From: Pelomyxa schiedti
Lineage: Eukaryota > Protista > Evosea
DNA: 64,000 nucleotides
Direction of reading: 5' to 3'
NCBI GenBank assembly: GCA_020536535.1
Contig: JAHLWZ010000807.1
Location: 1 to 64,000, forward strand
Under the pieces are notes generated by a model that did not search any database, was not told the DNA's origin, and saw nothing but the letters and a program-made list of their open reading frames with translations. A program made the translations under genes and the position numbers. Of this stretch, positions 23,537-37,300 are shown piece after piece. Every line of letters starts with the position of its first letter. The stretch's first letter is position 1.

Positions 23537-24262
23537 CTAATAACATTTAGTTAGACTTCCAACGATAAGTGCCTCATTTAGGATGATTTCAAAAAAAAAA
23601 AAAAAAAAAAAAATCCAACGACTTGGCATTTTGTTGTTGTTGTTGGAACTGTTCATACACACATCGGCAGTTATGGGATCGTCCAGCCTGTGAGATGCAA
23701 CGGCCAGCCTCTCATTTGGCAGAGGTGGGGAGCTAAATTCGTTCCTCTGAGAACCCCAAGTTGGCGCCTCGTAAAAGTCGCCGTAAAACCTCGTGTCAAC
23801 GTCGTCCACGTTCTCGCTGGCCCTAAATCCCAGTCCCAGTCCATAGTCCTCATCTGACCCAGATCCCAAGCCCAGCAACTTCCCACAAGTCTGTTTCCCC
23901 GTCGGCGACGTGGTCTTGGACGACGCTGTGGCCGTCGACGCAGTCGCGGTAGCTGTTGCAGTTGCATTCGCAGCGGCTGATGACGTGGCGGCGGTTGAAG
24001 GGACGGTGAAAATCGAAGGGGTGTCCCATTGCCTGACGCCGTTCAGGGTGTCGTACCAGTAGTAGGCGCACACGCTCTCGCACCACACGCGACGAACCGA
24101 CGACGAAGAGGAGAAGCATAGAGTGGTCGGGGCCGGCGGAATTATGGGGGGAGGAGGCACCAGTAGCGCCGATGTGTCGCTCAGAAAGTCGTCGAAAAGC
24201 TCGGCGGCCGTCATTTGTTTTGTGACTTTTGGAATTCCTGCTTTTCGAAGAAGACGAAGCAT
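23537..24262 (-). CDS. WW-domain-containing low-complexity protein, divergently oriented to the actin-like gene.
   Basis: 'VWCESVCAYYWYDTLNGVRQWDTP' fits the WW pattern W..YY.N..T..T.W..P. The protein is Ser/Thr/Ala-rich. Confidence 0.35.
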   Translation of the reverse strand: MLRLLRKAGIPKVTKQMTAAELFDDFLSDTSALLVPPPPIIPPAPTTLCFSSSSSVRRVWCESVCAYYWYDTLNGVRQWDTPSIFTVPSTAATSSAAANATATATATASTATASSKTTSPTGKQTCGKLLGLGSGSDEDYGLGLGFRASENVDDVDTRFYGDFYEAPTWGSQRNEFSSPPLPNERLAVASHRLDDPITADVCMNSSNNNNKMPSRWIFFFFFFFEIILNEALIVGSLTKCY

Positions 24263-24405
24263 AGATCGATAGCGGAGCCAACAACAGCGCCTTTAACTTG
24301 CTGGACACTTGTTTCTGCACATAGTTGGTATGCAGACACACCTGCTCTTGGCCACACAAAAATGAATCTTTTTCTGAGAACCCTGAACCAAGGAAAACTG
24401 CCGAC

Positions 24406-25682
24406 ATGGGGAACAGCAACACTTCCTCACCGGGGGAAATCGTCAGTCCCCAGCCCGAGGACCACGAGCACAACGATGGACCCGACGACGATATGTTGCG
24501 TCCCACAAGAGGAGGGCGGCCGGATTTCACTACTGTGGTTGTGGACAATGGCACCCACACGATCAAGGCCGGGTTTGCCGGGCACAACTCCCCACGGGGT
24601 ATGTTTCGCCCTATCATTATGGGAGCGAGCTCATCTGGTGACCTGCGAGGTATTTCTTCTGTTTCCCAGCTGTAACTTTGGTCTTTGGTTTTTCCCCGCA
24701 TACTTGATAGGTTTTAACCTTTTTTTTTTAAATAGTTGGTGACGAGGTTCCTGTAAAGTGCACCTCTGCTAGGTGTCCTATGGAGAATGGTGTGGTAACG
24801 AACTGGGAGGATATGGCTGTGGTGTGGGAGCACATGTACAACAAGGAACTTAGGGTTTCGCCATCAGACCATCCACTGTTGATGGGTGAACCTGCTCTGA
24901 ATCCACCCAAAAACAGGGAGAAAATGGTAGAACTTGTGTTTGAAAAGCTCCATGTGCAGGAATTTTATGCAGCAAATGCGCAGCTTCTGGCTTTGTTTGA
25001 CTCAGGGAGGAAAACTGGAATTGTTGTTGACTGTGGATTCCAAAGCTCCCGTGCTGTTCCCTGTTTTGAGGGTTCCTACCTACCTCATACAGTAGGAAGG
25101 TTGGACATTGGCGGCAAGCACATATCTCAGCTCATGGAAAGAGCTCTGTCAGTTACGCCGGAGATTGCCTCTGATGTTGTAAATCAAACAGGTTACGTTG
25201 CACTGAATTTTGAGGAGGAATCAGCAAAGGCTGCAGAAGACCAGTCCTTGTACAAGACATATGAACTGCCTGATGGACAAGTCATCACAGTTAAGAGGGA
25301 TCGGTTTCACTGCCCCGAGGCACTTTTCCAGCCCTGTCTTGCTGATGCACCAGCAACATATGAGAAATGTGGAATCCACACCACCTGCTTCAATGCCATC
25401 ATGATGTGTGATCCCAGCATCCGGTTAGAGCTGTACAACAGCATTGTGCTCAGTGGAGGAGCTTCAATGCTTTCAGGACTGGCAGATAGGCTGACGGCGG
25501 GGGTTGCTTCCTATGCCCCTACAGCAGCCCGTGTGAAGGTGGTAGCACCACCAGAGAGGAAATATGCAGTGTGGATTGGAGGGTGCATTATTGGCTCAAT
25601 GTCAACATTCAGCCAAATGTGGATAAGCCACTCAGAGTATGAGGAAAAAGGCGCTTCGTTGGTGCATTACAAGTGCTACTGA
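24406..25682 (+). CDS. Divergent actin/actin-related protein (Arp). Exon 1 is 24406-24649, the intron is 24650-24735 and exon 2 is 24736-25682.
   Basis: 'VVVDNGTHTIKAGFAGHNSPRGMFRPIIMG' corresponds to actin '[26 protein letters not shown]'. 'VGDEVPVKC..MENGVVTNWEDMAVVWEHMYNKELRVSPSDHPLLMGEPALNPPKNREKMVELVFEKL' and 'TGIVVDCGFQSS..' follow. Confidence 0.7.
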
Positions 25683-26066
25683 GTGCAAGCACAGTGTCAA
25701 CACAACAACTTTTTTGTTTGTTATTTTTTCCATAAATTATAAGCCCTTGCGCTTTGTGTTTCGTGATAGTGCATGGATACCACGTGGCAGTCACTATTCG
25801 AGAAGTGAAATTTGCAGCAATTGAGGGAACAAACTTGTATGTCTCTTGGAAGTGGTCATCACGGCAACGACGGTTATTTTCACTTCGTCAATTTTCTTAT
25901 CCAGGTACAGAATTTTTTCTGTACTTCGAGGCGAAAAGGGAAAAAAAACCTTTGGCATAAAATCAAATCCCCTGCGTGTCAACAGAAAAAGCAAAAAAAA
26001 ACCACCTACTCACAACATAAAAAAAAACCCAACATCCCAACCCACATCCAGACCCACCTACAAGCA

Positions 26067-29000
26067 ATGAGCGGACGCGGACGCGGACGTGGACGTGGCG
26101 GCCGAGCAGGATCTCGTGGCGGGCGTGGCGGGCGCGGTGGGGCATCGTCCTCACGCGGGGGGTCGCGCGGTGCATCGCGTGGCGGGTCGAGGGGCGGTTT
26201 TGGCCCTCGTGGTGGAAGAGGTTTGTTTTGTTTCGTTCTGTTTCGTTTTTTTTCTTTTTCCCCCCTAGAAACTACTTGCTCACTCGTGTTTAACGTGTAG
26301 GGGGTGGTCCTGGTGGCGACCCTTTCTCTGGTCTCCCTGGTTTCGATGCGGCAAACCAATTGCAAAAGCTCAAGGATGTTGCTGTGTTCTCCAAGCTTTC
26401 TCCTAAAGAGCTTCGTGTAACAAAGAACGCGCTCCTTAATGTTGTATCAGCCTCTCTTGTCCGGGAGGTAATACTTTAAGGGTTTTTTTTTTGTTTTTTA
26501 ACTTTCTTTTTCCAGCCCAAATTTGATTCCCCTACCTCTGCAACTGTAAAGATAAATATCTTGGTTACACAGATTGCTTTTTACGATCCCGAGTTCATTT
26601 TGAAAGTTGCCCTTTACATGCGAACAGAACTCAATATTCGTTCCACCTCAAATTATGTGGTTTCCTTGGCTAGCAACATCAGACATGTAGGACCAAAGTT
26701 CGCTTTTTGCAAAATAATAAGCTGTTTAGTGTTCGCCCTTCCTTCGCAAATACTGCAAGGCCACAATCAGGCTACCCTCTGATTGGCTTGACATCGCTTC
26801 TACCTACCAGTGCCTCCCAGACAAGACTTTACGTGGGAATGGTTGGTTCCCCAATATCTTTTTGAGGTATTAAACCGCTGCAGCCCTTCCAACGGCTCTA
26901 CGAAAGGCCCTGGTGGATAAGTTCCCTGATTTTGATGTTTATCAACTTGGAAAATACAACAAAGAGAATTCCCTCAAGCGCAAGAAGAAGAAGCTCCGCT
27001 TAAAAGCCGAAAAGGAACCCACCAAGGCTGTATTCCAAGCTGGTATATTTTTCTTAATTTCAGGTTGGAAACTAAACTCTACACAGGTAAACCTCCTGTG
27101 ACGATTAAGCAACTTGTCCGACAGCTCCACATCTCTGAGCCTCCTTATCATGTTATGTGTATTTTGGGTAAGAAGTACCCAACAACAGAAGAAGAGTTCA
27201 AGAGGAATAGATTACCAGGCGAGTTCCAACCCAAACTTGCGGGAACTCGCATGAAATTCCCCGTACCAGAAACCTGGGAAACTCTGCTGTCTCAAAAAGG
27301 CAATAGGGTACAAATTCCAACAGACTAATGCGTATGAGTAACTTTTATTCAGTCCTCAACTTGGGAGGAGCTAATCGAGCACAAGAAGCTTCCGTTCATG
27401 GCAATGCTTCGAAACCTCCGCAATCTAATCTTCACTGGCGTTCACCCACGATACCACAAGTAAGTTAAAGCTTGAAACAAGAGAAACTAATTCCTTTACC
27501 AGGTGGGTAATGAACAAGCTTACTAATGAAGGGACAATTGCTAATAGCAAGCAATTCCCTTTCCGATTCTTCAGTGCTTATGAAGTCATTCCCAAAGATC
27601 TTAATGACTTTAATGAACAGCTGGATAAAATGAACAATCCTAAGAAAGCTGCTGCTAAGGATGGCGATGCAACTAAAATTCGAAGGAAGAAGAAAAACCC
27701 CATCGTCCCCACACACAGACCACAAGATGACCTCTTCGAGAAATACAGAGCTGCCCTCGACACAGCTGTGAAACATGCTACTACCCACAACGTAAAGCCC
27801 ATCCGGGGAAGCACGGTTGTTTTTTGTGACGGCAGTTCAGCGATGAGGGTATGCTTCTCCTTGTGGTTACATCAAATCCTAATTTAAACTATAGGAGGCA
27901 CAAAACCAGTGCGGAGTTGGCAAGTTCAATCAATTGAACCAATTGGGTATCCTCCTTGGCCTTATGTGCAAGTATGTTTGCGAAGACTGCGACTTCCGTA
28001 TCTTTGGTGGTGAAGTTGACGGTTCCCGCCACCGAAGCGTCACGTTGATGGAAGGAACAATTCTAGAAAACATGCGTATCGTCGAGGAATCCAGCAAAGC
28101 TTTTGAAAATGGTGCTGCACAATTCCCATTCGACTACTTTGAAGACCTCATCAAGAGGAAGGAAATAATCGACAATTTCATTGTCTTGTCTCACCACCTA
28201 ATTCTGCCAACCGAAGAAGGAAGTGGGCCAAATACCATCCCCAGCATTCTTCACAAATACCGGCAAGAAGTCAACCCAAGAATGCTATTCGTGAGTGTAG
28301 ATCTAAGTGGAAGAGGAAGCAATATCAGCCAGGGTGATGATGAACACCCCAATGATATCCTTGTCAGTGGTTTCTCGGATGCTATCCTGAGGTTCATAGC
28401 CGAAAGAGGTGATACCAACCAACTGCAGTACGTGGAGCACATTGACATTGCACACAACTTGGTTAAGAAATCTACTGTTGAGGCTGTTGTTTCTCCACTT
28501 TATGCACCCGAGCCCCCCAAAAACCCACTTGCAGCTCTAGAGGCTCCCAAGATTGAGGAGAAGGCTGAGCTGCCGGCTCCTATGAAGATTTTCACCACTG
28601 AAACGAAGTGGCGAACTTGCAGGGTTTTCATCTCTTCCACCTTCCTTGATATGCACGGAGAACGTGATATGCTCACACGGAAGGTTTTCCCAGAATTGAG
28701 GGACAGATGTATGTTTAGCATTGAATTTTCTGCAATCTCACTCATTTCCAGGCGCCAAGAGGCATATTCACCTTTATGAAGTAGATCTTCGGTGGGGTGT
28801 AACCGAGCACGAGACACAACAAGACAAAGGACTTGAACTGTGCTTGGATGAAGTCCAAAACTGTTCCCCGTTCTTTATTGGCTTGGTTGGCAACCGGTAC
28901 GGCTGGGTCCCCAACGAGTACACAGTCCCCGACCACGAGCGCTTTGATTGGGTCAAGTCATACCCGGTAGGCCGAAGTGTTACCGAGCTGGAAATGTACA

Positions 29001-32000
29001 GTGGAGCCATCAAGGATAGCAATCCTCATGCTTTCTTCTATTTCCGAAATCCTGCCCTCGTTTCTGAGATCCCTCAGTGAGTTACCCGCTTTCCTTTTCT
29101 GCTTCTTTAACGTCCCTCAGGGAACACCAGCGTGCCTTCGCCTCCGAATCACCTGAAGCAGAACACCGGATTAATGAACTCAAATCGATGATTCGTTCTG
29201 CTACAAACAATGTGGTTACATACAATGCCTCTTGGAGGGGTATTGTCGATGGCAAGCCTATGACGGGAAATCTTGCTGCACTGTGCAAAAGAATTACAGA
29301 AGACTTGTGGAAAAACATTACTGCGGTATTTTCTTTTTCATGAGTTTATTGAATATGACTTTTCACAGGTTTTCCCGGAGGAATCCGCTGAAGAGTGTGA
29401 CGCTCTTGATATTGAGCAGGCTTATCACGATGCCTTCGCTGAAGACAGACGGAAGTTGTTCGTTGGAAGAAAAGACGTGTTGACTGAATTGACCAAATGG
29501 TGCGATGAACCAGCTGCTGGCACTATTATTCTCACTGGGCCTCCTGGCTGTGGAAAATCTTCCATAGTTTCCGTCTTCGCCAAGCAATACCAGGTTTCAA
29601 CCAATCAACTTTCCAACCATTCTAACATACTTCAGGCCAGAAAACAGAAAGTTGTGGTACTTCCGTTCTTTGTTGGAGCTTCCCCAGGCTCCACTGACAT
29701 ACGACGCGTTCTCAAGAGTTTGTGCATGCATCTTGCAAAACGATTTGGAATTACAGATCCAATTCCAGAAGATTACAAATCTCTTCAGAAGGTAAGATAT
29801 TAGACATATTGGTTTTGAATATTAACACGGTTTTCCAGACCTTTGCGCGCTTCCTTGAGCAGGCGTCTTACATTGCTCGCCTCGTTCTCATTTTGGATGG
29901 TGTAGACCAATTGGACAAGACCAACCGCGCTCACTCCTTGGATTGGCTCCCTCTTGTCCCTCCAGCCAAAGTGATTTTAACTGCTGCTGAAGGCCCAGTA
30001 CTCAAAGCGTTGTCCCAGAGGACCTCTGCTCCAACCAACACTAATACCCTCCTGGCTCCAAAACTTGGTCCCATGCTCGGAAATACTCGTGAAATCGCGG
30101 TTGGGTCTCTCCCAATTCAAGACGCCAAGCAAGTTGTTCAAGGAGTTCTTGCCGAGTATCACAAAAAGTTGGAAGATGGCCCAATGAACGATCAGCTTCG
30201 CGTGTTGCTGAAGAAAGGCGATGCTGGCCGTCCTCTGTACTTGACTGTTGCCTGTGAGGAACTGCGAGTCTTTGGAGTTTTTGAACAGCTCACTGATAAG
30301 ATTAAGTCTCTTCCACCTTCCCTGCTCAAGTTGTACGACGAAGTTCTGGCACGTCTGGAGCTTGATCACGGGCATGCACTCGTTCCTCAAGCGTTATCTA
30401 TGTTGGCCTGCTCTCGTGGTGGACTGAGGGAAGACGAACTTTTGTGCACACTGAAACGAAACAATGACGAGGAAGCCCTTCCACGTGCAGTCTGGGCACC
30501 ATTGCGCCACGCCTTGAGGGTATTCGTGCGTGGTGATGGTGAAGAAACACTGGACTTTGTGCACGCACAATTTAAGACCGCTGTGGAGAAGAAATACCTC
30601 AATCCAGTGAAGCTTCATGGAATTCATTGCGCCCTTGCAGCTTACTTCATGGACAAGGTAGTTGTGAACAATTCTTCACTGTCTCTAACTGTTCCTCAGG
30701 CTGATCCCAAGCACAATGGAACATATCAGGGTGCGTCCCTGCGTGGTGTGTCCGAACTTGCGTACCATCTGACAATGGCGCAAATGTGGCCACAACTTAC
30801 TAATGTGCTCACATCACTTCATTACATTGAGAAGAAGTGCACCATGGGACTAGCTAGCGACCTTCTTGCCGATTACACATCAGCTGTTTTAATGGGTACT
30901 GAAGGCAGATCAAAGGAGTGGGCTGGCATGGATTTAGTGAAGCAGTTCTATAACTTCGTGTCGAACTCTATCCATGTCCTTTCGGCTCTCCCCCATCTCA
31001 CCTTCCAGCAAGTATGTTTTCGTTGGCTATGTGTTTCCTTATAGTTATTGTGCCTTTAGGCAGCAAATCAACCCGACGTATCTGCTGTTGCCAAGGCGGC
31101 TAAGCAGTTATGGGACGATCATTTGGAAAAGAGAGCTTGGATCAAGTGGGTCAACAAGCCCCAAGTTCTTGATCTATGCCGCTTGACTGTTTCTGCTATG
31201 ACCGACGGTGTTACAAGCACTGCTTTCTCTGCGGATGGGCAGCTCATTGTCTGTGCTTCTAGAGACTGTACTCTGAAAGTGTTTGAGGTGGCAACCGGAC
31301 GTGAACTGGCCACCCTCAAGTCACACTCAAGCCCAGTTATCGACTGCTGTTTCTCACCAGACGGAAAGTTCATTGCCTCTGCAGCTTGGGATAACACAGC
31401 TAAGGTTGTCTAACGTCCTGTCAAATTAGAACCTAACACTACCAGATCTGGGACACAACCAACTTCATCGTGGCACAAACGTTGACTGGTCACAATGAGC
31501 GGTTGTCTGCTGTTTGCTTCACTTCCGATAGTTCCAAGTATGTCCTTTTTTTTTTTTTTTTCTCTAACTTGGGTTCAGGGTTGTCACTGCAGCGTGGGAC
31601 AACACCATCCGTGTCTGGGATGCCACCATGGGATCCTTCCTCTTTGAACTGAAGGGACACAAAAGACCCATCAACTCATTGTCCCTTGTTCCAAATGGAA
31701 ATATGATTACCTCAGGTTCGTACTATTTCCACGATTAAAGTTGTAACAATTACACAGGATCTTGGGATGGTGAATTAATCGTGTGGAACTTGGATACAAA
31801 GGAAATGTTTAAGAAGCTCAAGGGACACGAGAAGTCCATCAAAACTTGCTCTTTCCATCCAAATGCCCGACAATTGATTTGCAGTTCCAAGGACGGAGCC
31901 ATTATGCTGTGGGACGCCCAAAGTGAAAAGAGAGTTGCACAGATTGGCTCTCACGCCCTCCCTACAAATTGCAGTGTTTACAGTGACATTGGAGATTATG

Positions 32001-34213
32001 TAGCAAGTGCTAGTGACGACGGCAGTGTGAAGGTGTGGGATGCTACCTTGGGTAAGGAGACCGCTACCGTGAAGCTTGAGGACAATAACATTGGTGCTAT
32101 GGCGCTTAGCCCGGATGAGCGATATTTGGCTGCTGCGCACTCTGATACAACCATTCAGGTTATTTCTCCTTGTTTGGTTGGTGAACTCACTCCGTTTTCA
32201 GATCTGGGACTTGACACTACTGAAGTCAGTCCGTACGCTGCGAAAACACACCCAGGGGGTTACTAGCCTGGGCTACAGACCTGACGGCCGCTTCATTTGC
32301 TGCGCCTCGGTCGACGCAACAATGAGTGTGTGGGATACTAAGTCTTGGGAATGTGTGCGTGTCTTGACTGAGCACACTGCCCCAGTCAACTGTGTCAGTT
32401 TTTCGCCAAATACACCCAGAATGGTGTCGGCTAGCGACGACTTCTCGTAAGCAGCACAGAACTCTACAAGTGATCTAACCTTTATTTAGATTGATCATGT
32501 GGGATACGAACACATGGAAGCCTGTAGCCACTCTCAAAGGACACACTGCAGTGGTGAAGTGCTGTGCCTATTCCCCTGATGGAAAACACATCGTCTCGAT
32601 TGCTCGGTATGAGAGCTCAAACATTCTTTCCTCCTTACTTCTTGCAGTGATGGCACAATCCGTGTCTGGCACGTTGAATCTGGGAAGTTGCTCCACACCA
32701 TGTCTGGCCACCTTGATTGGATCAACTACTGCGCTTGGTCTCCTGACTCCAAGAAGGTGGTGACTGGTGCTTGGGATTTCAACTGCAAAGTCTGGAGTAT
32801 GAAGAAAGGAAGAGAAGTAAAGGCTATGCAAGGCCACGGAGGATCAGTGGAGGTTTGCAAGTACAGCCCAGACGGAAAGGTGATTGTGACTGGCTCCTAT
32901 GACAAGTCGATGAAGGTGTGGGATGCCGAAGGGGGGACTGAAATTACTGCACTTAATGGCCACGGTGCTCGCATTAACTGCTTCGTATTCATCCGCGGTG
33001 GAAAGAGTTTGGTGAGTGCCGCCGATGATAATACACTGAAGGTTTGGGACCTCCTTGCATCGAGAGAGGTTGCCACACTTGTTGGACACAGTGCCTCAGT
33101 CCGCAAATGCTCGTTCTCACCAAAGTCTGAATTGATTGCTACTGCCTCCGATGATGGTACCGTGAAGGTGTGGGACTGGAAGCGTCAAGCGGCAGCTACC
33201 AAGACCGCGGAATCGATGAGACACGCTGGCTCCATAACAAGCTCATGCTTCTCTTTGGAGGGTGATTTCCTTTGCACCTGTGCTTCTGATGGCTCTATAA
33301 AACTCTGGAACACCCTGGTCACAGATGAAGCCTCCCTTGGAAAATGCGTTACTCTTGCCTTGGGTGGTGGGGAGACACCCGCTGTGCGATGTTGTGTCTT
33401 TGCTAAAGGAGGTGTTCTTGCTACGGGAAATGACCGAGGCCTTATTACTCTCTGGAATACCAAGGATTTCACGGTAGTTGGTACTCTTTCAGGCCACACT
33501 AACGCTGTGCGTGGGCTCGCCTTCACTCCTGACGGGAAGCACCTTGTGTCTGTTTCTTGGGATACCCGCGCCATAATCTGGAGTGTCGCAGGCCTAAATC
33601 AAGTTCGCGAAGTAACTGCCCACTCTGAGTGGTTGGAGTGTGTTGACATCAGTCCGGACGGCAGTCTCGTCGCCACAGGTTGATCTCTTTCCCGTGCGTT
33701 ACCAATGTCCTCACAATTTTCTTGTATAGGTGGTAGGGACAACAATGTTCTCCTGTGGGAATTTGCTACTGGTGAGGTTACTGGGTACCTCAATGGCCAC
33801 ACACAATGGGTCATGTCCCTGGCCTTAGGTGGAGATCATAAGATTGCAACTGCCTCCTACGATAACACTATGAGGTTCTGGGACCTTGCTGTTGCAGGCT
33901 ATGGCTCTGTTGCCTGTGAGGGTCACAAACAAGCAGTACGTTCCCGCATTTTGGCAGGCTTTTGTTTTAACTGTATTTGCAGGTTACGTGCGTGAGGTTC
34001 GCACCAAACGGCAGGCACCTTATCACATCGTCACTTGATCACACTATCAAGCTGTGGGATAGCAGCACACCAACACCAAAGCCCGTTCTGGAGTTCATGG
34101 CAGTTTCTCCATGCACAAGTGTTTCTATCTCGCTCAAGGCACAACTCCTGGCTTGTGGTGACCTGCTTGGCAACGTTTACCTCCTCAAGTACACACGCCC
34201 CGCAAGAAGCTAA
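26067..34213 (+). CDS. TEP1: TEP1-like (telomerase/vault-associated protein 1-like) multi-exon gene. The domain order is an N-terminal RGG box, a TROVE module with a vWA/MIDAS-like motif, a NACHT P-loop NTPase, and a long WD40 repeat array.
   Basis: The RGG box is '[22 protein letters not shown]..'. The TROVE-like block is '[23 protein letters not shown]'. The MIDAS-like motif is '[11 protein letters not shown]'. The NACHT Walker A is '[22 protein letters not shown]'. At least 15 WD40 units run from about 31120 to 34210 (for example '[21 protein letters not shown]' and '[11 protein letters not shown]'). The stop is at 34211-34213. Confidence 0.6.
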
Positions 34214-34302
34214 ACTCCCCTTTTCGGAGCCTGAGAACAAAACAAGGTTGAACTGCTTGAAGCGTTTGTTTTTTTTTTTCGTCCCTTTGGGACTTTTGTT
34301 CA

Positions 34303-37300
34303 TCACAAAAAGTAGTCCCATAGCAGGAGCACGGCTTTGATCGATGGCCTTGAGGATGGGTTGCGTTCCAAGCACACCCTCACAATCTCATGTGCCAGTC
34401 GATGAAGGCGCCAGTGATGAAGGTTTTGTGTTAGTCTGCGAGGCGCTGTGGTTATGGGTGTGTTTTGTGGTTTTGGAGGAGGAATGGGGAATGGAGTGAT
34501 GCAACCCCTGAGGAGGTCCCGGCCGATAACCCACGGGCAAAGGCGGGGCAGGTGGGTGCTGTTATGGGATGTGTAGGGTGTGAAGAGGTATTTGTTGCTC
34601 CTGGTTGGTGTTTTTCCCGACGTGAGGTGGGAATATGGCTGTTTTAACGGGTACAACAGCAGGGATGCTGTGATTCCTTTGGACAATGTCAATCAACGAG
34701 CTGGGAATTAGAGAGATATGGGAGTTAGGTTTACCAAAGCCCCAGACATCGGCCTTTGTGTCAAACGTCAGTCCGGAAAGAACCTCCGGGGCACAGAAGT
34801 TCACATCCTCTGGCGAAATTGGCGTTGAAGCCGGCATACAGTAGGATCCAAATAAGAGGGTAACCGGTGTGTGGGGAGCCTTGATCTGAATTCCCTTTGA
34901 CGAAAAGAAAGGATGATTGTGAACGAACGAACCTTTGCCCAAGGACCGGGTCCAGATTCATCCAGTGACAGAACAATGATGTTATCTGTTTGCATTAAGT
35001 TTTAGTTGAAGGAGGTGTCATGTCATGCACATACCAGGCGAAATTTTGGTGTGCACATTTGGGGAGTTCGGGCCATTGTGAAGGCGATCTAATGCCTGTG
35101 CCACATCCTTCAGAATCTTCAACCTCGAACTGATTGGGAGAACTCGGTCGAGGATGGATGTAGTCCCATTCCCTTTTCTGATGAGTGAAGTCAGAAGCTC
35201 ACCCAAGCTGATGCATTGGTCAATATTGATGTATGACCCAATAATTGCCCCTATTGCAGGCGGGATGATGGGTCTTGGTGATCCTGGTATTTTTATCTCT
35301 GATTCAGAGGGAGTTGTATCCCGATGAAGTGCCACAATGTTGGGGGCAACTGATACAAGATCAACTTCACAATTTCCATTTTCACACGTCAACTTGTGTT
35401 GCCCATTTTTCACTGCATTGAGGATGTGCTCCTTGTGGAAGTAAAACAAGTTGGATGGCAATGCGGATGGTTTGTCATTGTCAGTCCACTTATCCGGTGA
35501 AGAATTGCCCTGCATCAGGCAATGGGGACAGGGGAAGAGCTCAATAACCCCAGGGAATGGTGCCCCACTTTCTTCCTCAAATCGAGACTGACTCAGATTG
35601 TAAAGAGTTCCCATAAGGGATGCCCAGAGGTGTTCTTGCTGTGGGTGTTCGTTGCACTCTGATCGCAGGTAAATCGAAACCATGTCATCTTGGAATGTAA
35701 TGAACAATAGGACTTGTTGTTCTGATCCTCCATGTGAGCAAGAGTATGAGAACGAGAGTGCATCCCTCCAACAGAACTTGATAACCCACCCACTAGAGAG
35801 AAGAGACCTTGAAATACTTGAAATGGCTTTGAAGAACAAGTCATGAGGCAACAATGGGAGTTTGATCGATCTCCCATTCGATGTGACCGGAGCAGTGAGG
35901 GAAATGTCAGCGTGAAATTGTTTTAGTATAGCAGGGGGGATAGTGTGAACCAGAGGGAGAAAGGAGCGGTGTCCCTTGACGATATGAGAGAAATTTGACA
36001 GGGTCTTGTGAACATCACCAAACTCAACCAAAAGTGACCCTAGCTCATTCATTGAGGGGTTTTTTCTGTTTTGTGGCTCTTGTCTATCCGTTATTATGAA
36101 CTTCTGGAGCTGAGCCAAAAAGGAGTAAGGTTCGACAATGACCAATTCAGGTAGATGTATTGGTACCGCGTGTGACAAGAGCCAAAAAGGATACCTGAAG
36201 TGAACAATGGTCCCAATGTCCGCCAAGAAGTTTGCACACAGCTCAATCTCCAGTGCTTTCGACATACCACACCTCCTGGCCAGCTTACAAAATTGAGTCC
36301 AGGTAAGTAAGAACCTTTTGTCCCTACGTTGTATAACTTTCTTGTTCAGTGCAATCCAAGTCTGTGGAACAGACTGGGGAATTCCATCACATATTTCACC
36401 TTGAATAAAGTCAAGGAGTGAATATACACATCTGGGTTCTTCTGCTCTATGAGATTTTTCATACTTCCATCCCTTTCCATTGCTGAGTTGCAGCAGGAAT
36501 GCAATAGGAATGTCTTCCAAAATAAAAATTCGATTCATGAGGTCGGTGACATTAGGGGCATTTGGGTCAATTCCCTCCATGTGGGTTCCAACAGGGATTA
36601 TGCTCCTCCATGCCTTGTCACCGCGGCTTCTCGCAAATGAGATTTCATTCACCCAACGATAAACTGCCATGGAGGGTTCCTTCATCTGCAACGCCTTGGA
36701 TACATCAAAAACGAGGATGATTACGGACCTGCTGAGGAGGAACCATTGGTGAAGCGGTGACAGAGAATCCCCTCCTGTGTGTTTTATGAGTATCCCATGA
36801 AGCAAAAAGGAGCCATACCAAGGTCCCAAATAGTCATATTGTGCCCAATTGTAGTGTTACGTGTATGATGCACAGCAATAGCGTGCGTGTGCTTTGTGGT
36901 AAGTGTCAGCTTTTTTGTACTCTCCATGAACTTCAAAAGTGTTGTCTTCCCAACACCAGTGTCTCCCACAATCACAAGTTTATGTGTGTTTTTCTGAATC
37001 TCGTTTTGTCTTTGGTTCACTGTGTATTCCTTTTTTTCATTTCCCAATCTCACATTGGGCATTTCAACCAACCACTTGGGAATCTTTTTAAGCTTGTTAT
37101 TGGAGAGGTTGAGCGTCCTGCACGTCAAAGGCCTCAATGATTCGGGAACAGACTCCAATTTTAAGTCAGAAAGGTCAACGTTCTCAGATTCTGTGAGAGA
37201 CCGAGAAAGGCACACAACACCAAGAGCAGCCTCGTTCCTTGTTTTCACCCAGGTCCTCAGTGCCATTGACACTGTGAAGAATGGGAACTGCGGTCGGTAG

